64,000 nt of DNA, taken from assembly GCF_009914755.1 (NCBI RefSeq), contig NC_060929.1. The stretch is one strand, 5' to 3'. The notes beneath the pieces are model-generated. The model saw nothing but the letters and a program-made list of their open reading frames with translations, was not told where the DNA came from and ran no database searches. Shown here piece after piece: positions 30,020 through 43,792 of the stretch; the first letter of the stretch is position 1, and each line of letters opens with the position of its first letter. The position numbers and the translations under genes were made by a program. The stretch is from the human T2T-CHM13v2.0 reference genome, Homo sapiens.

Positions 30020-33000
30020 TTTCATAAATATCTCCTCAAATAATTTTCATGAACTCCCTATGAGATAAATATTATTATTGTGCTTACTTCAAAAGTGAGG
30101 AATTTCAGGCTCTGGAAGGTTAAATGAATTGTTTGAGCACAAGCATCTGTAAGTCGTAGTGCTAGAATATGAACCCACAAAATCTGGTCCCATCATTCAG
30201 CTCTTACTACCACATTTTATAACATAGTTTGGTAGAACTGAAGCCACCTGCCTGTTCTCTTTTAGCCAAGGCCCAGGACGCAAACAAGACAAATTAGATC
30301 CCTTCACTGCTGTTTGACTCTTGAAATAATGACAAAGAAACTAAGAACAGTTGTGGGGATCTCACTCGACTACTCCTGCCATGAGACTTTCCCCTTGATT
30401 TGTAGCCTTCTAGCACTGTAAAGATGCACTGATTCCTTCAAACCTCGTCCTCCAGCACCCCCACCACCACCTGTCGCCCCACTAATTCTCAGGGAATTCA
30501 GAATTCTTCCTATATTCTTCCACTAAGAATTTTGCATTAATGAGCAGAGTTGGTTTTTTTGTATTGCAAGCAAAGGATCATTGCTGAGACACCATTTTCT
30601 AAGGGGAGGTGATAAGCCAGCCAAGGGGAGAATTGTATGGAATCCCCAAAGAACAAGATGCAGACAACACTGTTTAGTGTGCCACAATAATTTAATAGAC
30701 TCACTGAGAAATAATAGCATGACAAAAGGCCAGGTTAATTTCCTCTGCTGCCCTTTCTGTGGAAATGATGAAGGTTCTTGGGCTCCTCTCTGATCCACTG
30801 GTCTTAGATACATTGGCCTTCTCCTTTATTTCCAGTACCCTCAACAGTTTCCAGTAAAGAGAAACAGCAAGGGAGGGTCTGTAGAAAGACAGACTGTCTT
30901 GAGGTTGGCTGAGGGGTAAAAGAAATTTCCCAGAAATTGCTCCTTTTCCTTCACAAACTGCCTAGAATTCAGATTTTGTCTCCTTCAAAGTTGCATCTGG
31001 GAAAATGTGTTTATATGCTTATTCCACACATTGCCATCATTGTAATGATTTTAGGGCTCCCTGTCTTGGAATTGCCTTAAAAGTCCATGTGATACTTCTT
31101 AAAAAACTCTTTAAAATCCCTTGAGAATGGTTTCATTTCTGGAGTTAGCCCCATCTAAGCTAATTTGACATTCTGTCTGGTGAATAGGGTTGGTAATCAT
31201 ATTGGAAATAATATTTTTGGTCATAAGTGAAGTGTTACTATAAACCAGTGAGATTGCTTATTGCTTTTTGGTATGTGTGTGTCTTATATGGTCTGTAAAT
31301 GGTCTCTAAAGCCACTTCCAAAATGCTTTCAGCAATGGCATCAGGGCTCAAATAATTGCACAGTTTCCAGAGATGGCTGTTTTGAGGATCAACAGTAATT
31401 GAATAATATAATAATATTTATTGGTAGTTTATAATACTTTTCAACATATTAAGCACTTTCCACATGCTTTTAAATAAGACCTGACATTTACTATGTCCCA
31501 GACACCGTGCTAATTTTTTTACATAGATTATCTCATGTAATTCCTCAAAATTAGGAAGGTATAATTATTACCCACCACATTTTAACAGAAAAGATCTAAC
31601 ACATCGGCGTGACTTTTCTAAGGTCACACGTAAAGTGGGTGAGCAGGACAGCCAGCCACGAAACCCCAATTTTCTGACCCCTGAGTCTTGTTCCTCCTCC
31701 TTCACATAGATTTTGACTTGTATGTCAAAACACAAAAACAAAACCTACCAATGTTTGAGATTTTTTTCTATGGGAGGATAAAACCTAGGTCTGTCTCTGT
31801 AGAAGCAATATTAGTCAAATAACAGTCAGTCCACTGTCAGTGACTTCAGAGGTATCTTACTTGTCATTCAACTCTGAGGTCTCGGTTTCACGACCAGTTC
31901 TTTTCTATTTTCCTTTTGGCTATTTTGAAACATGTCTTCTTTTACCAATCTCAGCCCTCCACTTTCTCATGCTGTGAAGTATTCCCTAAATTTCTGAATT
32001 ATTTTCCCAAACCATTTTCAGTCTCTAAGCTAACACTGTAGGCAGCTTCTTAGCTCTTTAGAAAAACAATCTCACCTGCATCTGCTCCATTCTTCCTCTC
32101 TCCCTTCCTTTCTCTCTTCTTTATTTTACTTATTCATTTATCCATTCACTTATAAGCCCTCTGTTTTCTATTAACTTAATGCTTTTTGTCATTCAACAGA
32201 ACACATTTTAGCTTTTTAAGTTCCACAAACCTCTAGAGTAATGGTCCTGAAGCTTACTGGAGGTATTTTATTCATCCTTGGGTCCTTGGAGCCTAAGCAT
32301 AGCCTTTCACATACTAGGGACTAAATGAGTAAAAGCAAAGCCAGGAAGAGGCAGAAATCAAGTTCTCTATGTGGACAGTTCTGTGTTCAATATGCAAACA
32401 TCAGAAACATATCCAGAAAAGAATGTCATAAACACCCATCTGTTTTGTGTGGCATATAGAATACAGTCAATTAGAAATACTTCCACAGGACCAACAGTGC
32501 TGAAAAGGAACCACAAAAAAACAAAACAAAACAAAACAAAAATACAGAAGGAAGACGGCACACTAGAAAGCACTGGATATTTAAGCATCAGAAATATCTC
32601 AAGGAAGTGCATTCAGGACATGGTGAGCTAGGAAACTTTTGCCTAGCAATGGTAGCTAAGAGATGATAATGGCATGAAGAGACTTCACCCAAAGAGAAGA
32701 TTAATATTCCCAGTAGTTGGGGCCTGCCCTTTCAGGCCTTCGTGGTAAGTGGTCCCAGAAGCAAGGTGAGTGCTAACGCTGAAGCACTGCGTTACCCTGG
32801 TTCCTCCGAAACACCCCATCTGCCTGACTTCTCACACACACCTGGGCCTTTCCTTGTCAATGCTCTGCCCCTGGGCACTCTGGTGACAACGGGCACTTCA
32901 GAAGAGTCAGGAAGAGAAGTGTGGGAATTGAAGAATCCTATACCCCCTGGCAGGAATCCTTTCCTTAGCTTATATAACTATAGAGAGTTTTTAGGGTTTC

Positions 33001-34213
33001 CCAAAGAGTTTCTGTGCATCCACAGATCTTATCCCTCCTCTTGTCCTACCCTCCACTCATATACATTCAGGAATAGATGGTATAGATTTGTTTTCTGTTC
33101 TCAAAAGAAAAAAGAAAAAGAAAGAGAGAGAGAGAGGGAGGGAAGGAGAGAGAAAAAAAAGAAGAGAGATGTCCCTAGGGAATAACTTTTGAGGACCAGC
33201 ACATCCAGCAGCTTGTGTATGTGTGTACATGCCAGTACATTTTAGGAGAGGACTTGACATTCTCCCTCTGAGTCAATCCGTACTTTGTAATTTTCTACCT
33301 ATGTATCTTAATCAAATTATTCAACTTGTCTAGCCCAGTTTTGCATCTATGAAGCAGGAATAGCAACGGTGTCTACCTCTTTGGATATCATAAGGTTTAA
33401 AAAGATTACTCATCTAGAGTGTTTGGTACATTTCAAATGTCAGTAAATGTTAACTTTTATTAATATTAGTATTAATAATATATCCAACTGATTTTTAAAG
33501 CATTTTTTGAGAGAGGCTTTTTGATATAACAAAAGAAACGACGCTGTGAGTGCACTCCCTATTTATTTAGAGTTAAATAATTCAGTGTAACATCCAACTA
33601 GTAAAATTTGGGAAATGAGCCTCAAAGGAATTTTCAACATTTTGCCCCACCACAGTCACTGTATTTCTGAGTATGCCTAGAATATTTTTTAAGGCTGAAA
33701 TGGGTGGGAAGCACTTTGTGGAGAAAGGGAGTGACTGAAGAATGCAGTTTGTGTGGTTCTTTTATTTTTTTTTTTCTTTTATTAGTTTAAGGAGACTTGG
33801 TACTGTGTCCAAGAAGACAAAAAGAATGCAATTACTAAACATTTCCCAAATTCCCTCCCTCCCACATCCACAAAGGTAGATGTGATACTTGATTTTCTTC
33901 TCAGAGACGAGCAAGCTGCTCTACTTAAAATCTTGTATGTATTTTGAGAGATAACAGATGATGACCCTGACGCTGATGCCCAGGATGACGAAGTCAGCAC
34001 AGATAATAATATCACCTTGTATCTTCTTTCACTAATCGTGGAGCACTTTGCACATATGATCGTGCTTATCCTGGGCTGCACTGTTTGTTAGATGAGGGTG
34101 TGGGTGTCACTATATATACTTTCCAGAAAGACAGGTATTTTCCAACAAGCTATCATCAACTCAATGACAACACTGTACACAGGCAGCCCTCTCACCTGCT
34201 TTCTTCAGTATTC

Positions 34214-34394
34214 CATTATTCTCCCAAATTTGGCCAATCAAGCCCATTCACCTGGGAGTATTTGTTAATAATTTAGATCCTGAGCCTTATCCTAGACATT
34301 CAGTTCTGGAAAGTCTGGGAATCAGTCATTTTGTGGTTGTTCTCAGAAAGCCCTTGGGGATTCCTTTGATCAGAGACAGGTTTGGGAAGTATTG
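34214..34394. mobile_element. MER5-type hAT-Charlie MITE
   Basis: ttctcccaaatttggc...cacctgggag...caggtttgggaagtattg. Confidence 0.6.
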
Positions 34395-34487
34395 CTCTTT
34401 TTAAACTCAGGGCAGCGGGGAAGGGATGCTGGCAGGAGTGGACTTTGGTGACACTGAGATCTTTTATTCATGTGGTAGCTTTTCTTA

Positions 34488-34760
34488 CTCTGAGACAGAG
34501 TTTTGCTCTGTAGCCCAGGCTAGAGTGCAGTGGCATGATCATGGTTCACTGCAGCATCAACTTCCTGGGCATAAATGATCCTCCTGAATAGCTGGGATTA
34601 CAGGTGTGCACCACCATGTCTAGCTAATTTTTAAAATTTTTTGTAGAGATGGAGGTCTCACTGTGTTTCAGGCTTGCCTCAAACTCCTGGCCTCAAGCCA
34701 TCTTCCTCCCTTGCCTCCCAAAGTGCTGGAATTACAGGTGTGAGCCACTGCACCCAGCCC
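34488..34760 (-). mobile_element. AluJ
   Basis: Alu body with J-type positions. Confidence 0.9.
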
Positions 34761-35324
34761 TAAGGGTAGTTTTTCTGATCATCTGAAGGATAATACAACA
34801 TTTTTGTCATAGGCTCAATAATCCATAAAATGCTGCCCTATGTGAGAGATATTATTATTTTAAAATACAGTTAATGCTGGACTGTGGAACCATAATATTG
34901 AAATATTGTTAGGGCGGGTCTCACCAGTGCCCTTTCTAGGCAAGGAGAGGCAAACTAACAACTGGGACCTGAGAAATAACATGTTTGTCACTAGATTCAA
35001 TGTAAAATGGTAAACCTATCTACCTTTGCTAACTACTGGTCAACAACTAAAAGTAACTTAAGTTCAATTCAATATACATAATTAAAGTGCATTAAATGTG
35101 TGCCTATTGCCCACATGGCACTTTATTATGTATTCCTTAAAATACAAACATTTTTCCATATTATTAAAATTTTCTCAAAAATAAATTATTTAAAATCATT
35201 TTATTATGGGAATTTTTTAACCCCTACCTAAATAGAATTCACACATTATTTAGAATTTGGATTGTTTTTAACCCTTTATGCACATTCACAGTGCTGTAAT
35301 GAACATGTGTATATATACTTTCAC

Positions 35325-35637
<313 letters not shown>

Positions 35638-36199
35638 TAAAATTGTTCATCCTCAGTCTCTGCTCTAATCAACCCCCAAGTCCCTTCAATCCTATCTCTG
35701 AAGAGTTGTGAACCCATTCCCTCATCTCCACAGCCCCACTTCCACCCCAGTTCAGAGCTGCATTATCTTGATCCTGTACAAGGCCTGTGACAGCCCCCTG
35801 AAGAGTATGGGGCTGCCCCTAGTCTTTCTTCTTTTCAATCTCTTTCTACACTGCTTCCAATTACTGTCATTCTGAAATGTGTATTTGTTCCTACGATTGG
35901 AAATGCTCAATGATTTTCCACTGTCCATAAAATAAAGTCCACTGTTATTTATGTAGGCCTCAAATATTATTTCCTTAATCTACCTCTGGAGCATCCTGTT
36001 CAGTTGCTCCTATACACCTTTAACTCAATTTGTCCTTTACTGTTCCCAGTCCCCTGATATGGACAGGCATTCCATGCTTCCATACCTTATTCTTGCTGGT
36101 CTTTTGTTGTGAGGTAATCCTCAATCCTCCCCTAACCACATGGAAAGCATTATGTTCTTCAAATTTATCAGGGAGCATTTCCTAGGTAGAGCCACTGGC

Positions 36200-36733
36200 T
36201 CTCTCTCTATATATATATGAATACATATTCATATATATTATATATTAAATATATAATATAATTATTTAATATATATTTTATATATTTATTTTATAATAAA
36301 CATATATATTTATATGAGAAATATATTTATTATATAATAAGCATATATATGAGAAATACATTATATAATAAATATTATATTTATTTATATGAGAATTATA
36401 TTTATATATTATATATTTATATAATAAATATATATTATATATATAATAAATATATATTATATATATAATAAATATATAATATTATATATATTTATATAAT
36501 ATATGTATATAATATATAATACATATATAATAAATATGTATATAATATATAATAAATATATAATAAATATGTATATAATATATAATAAATATATATTTAT
36601 ATAATTTATAAGAAATATATATTTATATAAGAAATATATATAATTTTATAAAATATATAATATATAATATATTATATATTATATATTTTGTATATATTAT
36701 ATATAATATATATTTATATAAATATATATATTT
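36200..36733. repeat. AT-rich degenerate (TA)n minisatellite/low-complexity tract
   Basis: About 530 bp almost entirely A/T, with recurring units such as aataaatatgtatataatatat. Confidence 0.95.
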
Positions 36734-36745
36734 AAAGAGGTTTCA

Positions 36746-37075
36746 GTCCAGGCTCTGTGGCTCATGCCTATAATCCCAGCACTTTGGGAGGCCAAGGTGG
36801 GCAGATTGCTTGAGCCTAGGAGTTCCAGATCAGCCTGGGCAACACGGCAAAACGCCGCCTCTACAAAAAATACAAAAAATAAAATAAAAAATTATGCACA
36901 CGTGGTGGTGCATGCCTGTAGTCCCAGCTACTCAGGAGGCTGAGGTGGGAGGATTGCTGGAGACTGGGAGGCGGAGGTTGCAATGAGACAAGATCGTACC
37001 ACTTCACTCCAGCCTGGGCAACAGAGTGAGGCCCTATTTCTAAAAATTAATTAATTAATTAAAATAAAAAATATA
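36746..37075 (+). mobile_element. AluJ
   Basis: Dimeric Alu with J-type positions. Confidence 0.9.
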
Positions 37076-39799
37076 AAGGCTTCAATCATGGCATTTAGCT
37101 AGTACTTAACTATTTATAATTCCTTCTCCCTTACTTTGTAAATTTCTTGAACCAGTAGTCACATTTTACCTCCAGAGCGTATGCATGCCATATATAAGGT
37201 GCATGGAAAATACTGTTGACCAAGCAGATAATAATAATAATAATATTATAGCAATAATGATAAGTAACATTTGTTGAATACATTCTGAGTACCAAGTACT
37301 ATGTTAAGCACTGAATTAGAATTTACTGATAAAGAATACCCCCAAAACTTGGAGAATTTAAGTACATTGACCAAAATTAGACAACTACTAAGAGGAAAGC
37401 TGGGTTTTTAACATATATGCTAGCTCATCACCTTTTTGCTAGGCTAAATGAACATGAGCCCCATTTAATTATTTCAATTAAAGTTATAACAAAGCATCCA
37501 AATCAGATATTCAGACAAGAGAGACACAATTAAATTATTTCCCCTCATAATTAGGACATAGCCCTTGTTTTCACTATTCTTAAAACAAGTCTAACTTCAA
37601 TCAATTCCTGGTCAAAAAGCCACGGTGTCAGATCTGATCTTTTTATATATTAATAGGTATGGCTCTACTCATTAAATAAAAGCATAAAAGGCCAAAACAA
37701 ATTCATTTGTAAGAAAGAGAACTGACTTTTACTGCTCTAAAAGATCATAAGTTTAACTAATAAATAGTAATACTCCATGCATTTATGCAAATCTTTCAGT
37801 TCAATGTTTTTACCGGAAGATTCTTTTTCAATGAGGATTTTTGTAAAAGTAAACTCCTTCAGCTTAAAAGATTTAGGAAATCCGACAGTCATTAGATGTA
37901 TTAGATGCTTTATCAGTTTTTTATTAAAGCTATTAAACACAATGTATCATCAGCATTTTTCGATCACATTTCTTAAAAAGCTTAATGAACACATATTTCT
38001 GGCAATTATTAAAGTGTGGCCACAATCCTTATTCTATTAAAGGAAAAAAAGAACTACAGCATGAAGCTGCTGCCTGCTGGTGGTTGATGAGGAAGTAGGG
38101 CTTCTCTGGCAATGGCTGGGTCTCTTGTCTTCCCTATACACTGACACAACACATGTTTTACTTCAGTATCTCCTGAGGACTTACATATTTCTCTCATGTA
38201 GATCCCTTTTGCCTTCTTTATATGGTTCTTGCTCCCATCTATTAGATCTCTCTATATTTCTTTTTAAAAAACTATATATACTACTTGCTTTTATCACACA
38301 CACACAGATTTAAAAGGCAGATCTAAGTAAGTAGCCAGCATCCTTATTGTCACCATGAAATAGTTGCTTAGTTTCTTTCATTCGATAAGCTCAAAGCATT
38401 AAGTGATTAGCCCAGATAACAAAAAAATAATTGTCCCAATTAAATATCATTATTGTTTTTCCCCCTTATTAATTCTTAGAAACTGCTTGTGCTTTAGAAC
38501 AACAAACATATAAGATTAAATTTCTTCTCATTGTGTTTTGACAGACTAGCATTATTTGGATAGTTTACTTTTTAATTTTCTACGTGCCAATTGACTAAAT
38601 TCTATTTAGAATGCACTTACTGTTTTTAATGAAGCCATGAATCTTCAGGGTAAAAAAATACAAAAAGGAATGAAGACTTAGACCAATTTACTTATTTATT
38701 TATTTTCTGGACTAAAACCACTTCTGTGCTGTTCTATGCTTGTCACTGCATCATGTGTCTCCCCCTACAGGTAAAGAGCAGGCAGCTGTACTAGTTTCAC
38801 CGCTCCTGTAGAAGAATTTGTATTTTCCAAAGTCAAAATCCAGAAGTCTTTTGCTTTAGGGTGCTGGTCTCTATGCCTCTGGGGTATAAGCAGTAGATAT
38901 AATCAAAATAGCTATAACTACAGAGATATGTCCAGTGAGAGGTTGGGATGAGAAATTTTCAAGCTCATATACAAATAATACAATGCCACATCTATTACTC
39001 AGGAGTTAGTATTAATACTTCATTTACTTTCTCTAAAGCATATACTTCCACGGTGGGTATAAAGGCCACCCGAATCTAATGGGTTATTTTACTTTATAAA
39101 GGTGTAAGAAGGACCATGGACTCGAAAAAGGAACCACATGTTTATTCCTGGCATTGTCACTAAGCAGCACCCTCTCTCACTAGGTCTCAGTTTTTTCATC
39201 TTTAAAATAAAGATATTTAAATACGTTTTCTTTAGAGTTGTGTCCTTGCATGAAAATCCTCTAATTGAGGATGATTAAATAAACATATTGGAAATATGGA
39301 AATTCAGAAGCATTGAAAATGGTATTGTGAAGATGTAACATTTAATGAGATGGCTGCAGAATGCTTGCCTTGAGCTAAGGTTGTTCGAAAATGAAATGCT
39401 TACAAGGAAGGACTGTGCTCCAAGCTACATGGCTGTACTTCAAAAATGGGATCACTGTCCCAGTGCAGGTATGGCTTGGGCATCTCTGACTCTTTGCCAC
39501 CCTCTCATGTTCCAATGCACTCTTTACTTCTGGTGTGCACCACACATTAAGGACGTATGTAGGTGAGCCTTACTCTAAATGATAAAAGGATTACTAAAAA
39601 TGTCATGCCATGACTGTGTGAAAACAAAATCATAAATGAAATGTACCAAAGAAGCTGACATACCAATATTCTCTGTTACCTCTATTCTACCAGTTTTTAA
39701 ATTAGCTTTAGGAACAAAAAAATGTCAGGCATTGGGACAGGGTTATAGGAAGAAACACTTGGTGAGTTCCTCATCACATTCGGAACTCTATCCATTTTT

Positions 39800-40110
39800 C
39801 TTTCTTTTTTTTTTTTTTTTTTTTTTTTTTTTGAGACGGTGTCTCACTCTGTCACCCAGGCCGAAGAGCAGTGGCCTGATCTCGGCTCACTGCAACCTCC
39901 GCCCTCAGAGTTCAAGCGATTTCCTGTCTCAGCCTCCCGAGTAGCTGGGATTACAGGCACCTGCCACCACGCCTGGCTAATTTTTGTATTTTAATAGAGA
40001 CGGGGTTTCACCATCTTGGCCAGGCTGGTCTTGAACTCCTGACCTGGTGATCCACCCGCCTTGGCCTCCCAAAGTGCTGGGATTACAGGCATGAGCCACC
40101 ATGCCCGGCC
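39800..40110 (-). mobile_element. AluS
   Basis: Full Alu with long poly-T. Confidence 0.93.
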
Positions 40111-40114
40111 TCCA

Positions 40115-40261
40115 TTTTTTTTTTTTTTTTTTTTTTTTACTTTAGGAGACAGGGTCTCATTACATTGCCCAGGCTGGTCTTGAATTCCTGAGCTCAAGCA
40201 GTCCTCCCACCTTGGTCTCCTGAGTAGCCGGGATTATAGGGGTGTGCCACCATGCCCAACT
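40115..40261 (-). mobile_element. FLAM-type Alu monomer
   Basis: Single monomer with its own poly-T tail. Confidence 0.85.
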
Positions 40262-40595
40262 TGAACTCTATCCTTTTATATAACTTATCTCCTTGAATTC
40301 TTGCAACAGTCCTAAGTGTTAGGTACTCAAATCTCCAAAATGAGGAAATGAAGCAAAAAGGAGAGACTGGGTTCACATTCAGGCTCCAAATGCCACACAT
40401 CATCTTTGTCATATCACACTAAAGAGCAAAAGAGCTATTTAAGTCTCTTTTATAAATGCAAACTTCAAAGCCTTACTTTTAAGGAATTGTTAGATCATTT
40501 TAGACCTGTATGTTTACCTACTATATATTGAAATAAAAACTGGCCAGTGACCTACCTTTAAAACCTAGCTTTAAAACCCTAATGCTATAAAATCA

Positions 40596-40906
<311 letters not shown>

Positions 40907-41388
40907 TCAAATTCTCCTGGCTTTAATACATGTCAAATGCAATAACCTTGAAAAGAGGAAGAGGGTATTGTAAATTCTATGTGACAACTCCTTAGAAAGC
41001 ATGGTATGTGATATGTAGACTGCTGAAGTTCTTAACTCTTCTTTTTTAAAAATTAGAGTTGGTTTACAGAAAAGTGATAGAGAATTAATATTTCTCCTTC
41101 AAACAACTATGACTCAAAAGTGAGTTCTTAGACTTAGAAATTCATCCTGAACAACAGTGTATCATCTCTATCACAAAGCTACCAGCGTCTGTGAATTGTG
41201 ATGAGAATAAAGGAGACAGTGCTGGGAGCAGGAGGAGACCCCATTTTGATGGGCACAAAGCAAGCGCATCCATTTTGGCCAATTTAAGGACCCACAAGTT
41301 TTCCTCTCATGATCTTGCAAGCTTGCCTTTCTCTCACTGTTCCCTTTCCTTCGTTTGTGTCTTTGTCCTATTCTTTCCATTACCCCCT

Positions 41389-41703
41389 TGTTACGGAATG
41401 AGTGCTTGTGTGCCCCTAAAATTCATTTCAATATCCTAACCCAATATGTGTTGGTATTTGGAGGCCGGGCCTGTGGGAGGTGATTAGGTCGTGAGGGTGG
41501 AGCACTCAACACTCACAAATGAGACTAGTGCCTTTACAAAGGGCACTGATGCAACCTAGAAGAAGACTCTCACCAGACCCCAACCATGCTGGCATCCTGA
41601 TCTCAGACTTCCAGCCTCCAGAATTGTGAGAAATAAATTTGTGTTGTCTATAAGCCACCCAGTCTATGGTACTTTGTTATGGCAGCCTGAATTGATGAAG
41701 AAA
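41389..41703 (+). mobile_element. MLT1A-type MaLR solo LTR
   Basis: tgttacggaatg...ccagcctccagaattgtgagaaataaattt...ctttgttatggcagcc; 5-bp TSD CCCCT. Confidence 0.88.
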
Positions 41704-42116
41704 CCCCTAGTTCTATGTATACAGTGGGCCCTAGAAACAAAACCAAGTAATAACAACAAAATGGAATTTAAAAAGATGTATTAAGTGCTGGTTCTGTGAG
41801 GCACTATGCTAAGGGCATCATGCGTGTTCACTCATTCAAGCCAGCAACAACTGCAGGAAGCAGTGTCACTATTTTATAGGTAGGGAAACTGAGCAGAGAA
41901 AGGGTATGCAACCTGCCCAGGGCCACAAAGCTCTCATGATAGAGCATGATTTGAGTGCTGGGTAGGCAGAGCAACCACGTGGTATAATTCTAGGGGCACC
42001 ATGTTGTGATGTTCTGTGGAGTTGCCCTCCGGAGGCACTTGGAGCTGTGTGCTCTAGCAGCCTTTTGGATCAGCCATGAACTTAACTGTTAGGCTACACT
42101 GTTACTCTAGACCTTA

Positions 42117-43301
42117 TTCCTATGTTGAGGGATAGACAGGCATACATTTGCGAACCTGTACCTGGGGCCTCTAGTGAGAGAAGCCACATGGAAGCTGGTC
42201 CTCATGCTGCTCCAGGCACTAGGTCTGACCCCTATCAACAGGGACCCATTCATCTTAAGGGTGCCTCACTGACTCTTTTTAATACTTCTTTGCCCTTCCC
42301 AGGACTACTGCCACGGTACAGCCAGGTTCCAACTTCAGGGGGAGTGAGCCTAGAGGGTGGGGCCTGAGTGGTCAGCTGCAGAGGGAGGAAAGGCACAAGC
42401 ACTGCCTTTTCTGAGTGTCTCAAATCTTACTAATGTCAAAATCTCAACCATCATTATTATTACTAGCACTGAGGTTTTAAGGGCCCACTTTTTCAAAATG
42501 GGCTCAGAAAGGGGAACCTTCCCCTGCTACTGCCCTCATCCCTCCATCCCTATGCCATGTTCCCACCTTGGTTTGCTATGCTTGGGCAAGAAAAACGACT
42601 TCCCAGTTTTAGTCAGTTCATTTCCTGTTGTGCTTTGTGAGGAGCCCAGCAGCACTAAGTGGTAACAACAGTTAATTAGTTTCCCTTTCTAGATAAGGTA
42701 TTTCTGTGTCCCCCTTGTCCCTAGGCCTCAGGTCAGGAGCTTGTGGGTACGAATGAGGCCATATTCACCTTAATTTCTTAATTTCTGTGGCTCATAATTC
42801 CCTCTGGTATTGCTCCAGGACCCCCTTACTATGTATACATTTCTAGGAGCTTCTATGAGGTCTGTCACATATGCTTAAGATCAAGTGTGTGCCCTTTGAG
42901 TGTAGCTACTCTCTCCTGTTAATCTGTGCCTGGCATCTGCTGGGATGGCTGGGCAGCTGCCCTGACCACTGAGCACCCAACCATCTGTTGTCAGCCACAA
43001 CAATTTCCACTGGTACCTGATGCTGCTCTTCTGGGAGAATGCTGCTCCACCTGTGAGGCCAGCTCATATGTGACCTCAAGCTAAAAAAGCTTCCAGGGAC
43101 CAAAATAGCACTGCATTCTGCCCAAATAGCAATGTCAGTTCTTGCTTATTGCAAAATTGGGGGTTGAGGGTAGTTCCTCTTGATAGGGGTCAGATTTAGT
43201 GCCTGGAGCAGCGTGAAGACCAGCTTCCATGTGGCTTCTCTCACTAGAGGCCTCAGGTACAGGTTCATAAATGTAGGCCTGTCCATTCCTCAACTTAGGA
43301 A
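42117..43301. repeat. Long inverted repeat: 129-bp arms (42117-42245 / 43173-43301), 927-bp spacer
   Basis: Manual ungapped alignment gives 116/129 identical. The ORF track shows the same peptide on opposite strands (42122+ and 43135-). Confidence 0.95.
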
Positions 43302-43310
43302 AGTGCATAG

Positions 43311-43792
<482 letters not shown>

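Noticed and set aside
32742-33185. 147-aa ORF (also 148 aa at 53763-54209 and 130 aa at 17256-17648)
   Set aside because: No recognisable domain or splice support; partly simple-repeat or LINE fossil sequence; such lengths are expected by chance in 64 kb.
37737-38040. Overlapping ORFs on both strands with protein-like composition
   Set aside because: No convincing in-phase splice sites and no recognisable homology; may be an ancient repeat or conserved non-coding element.
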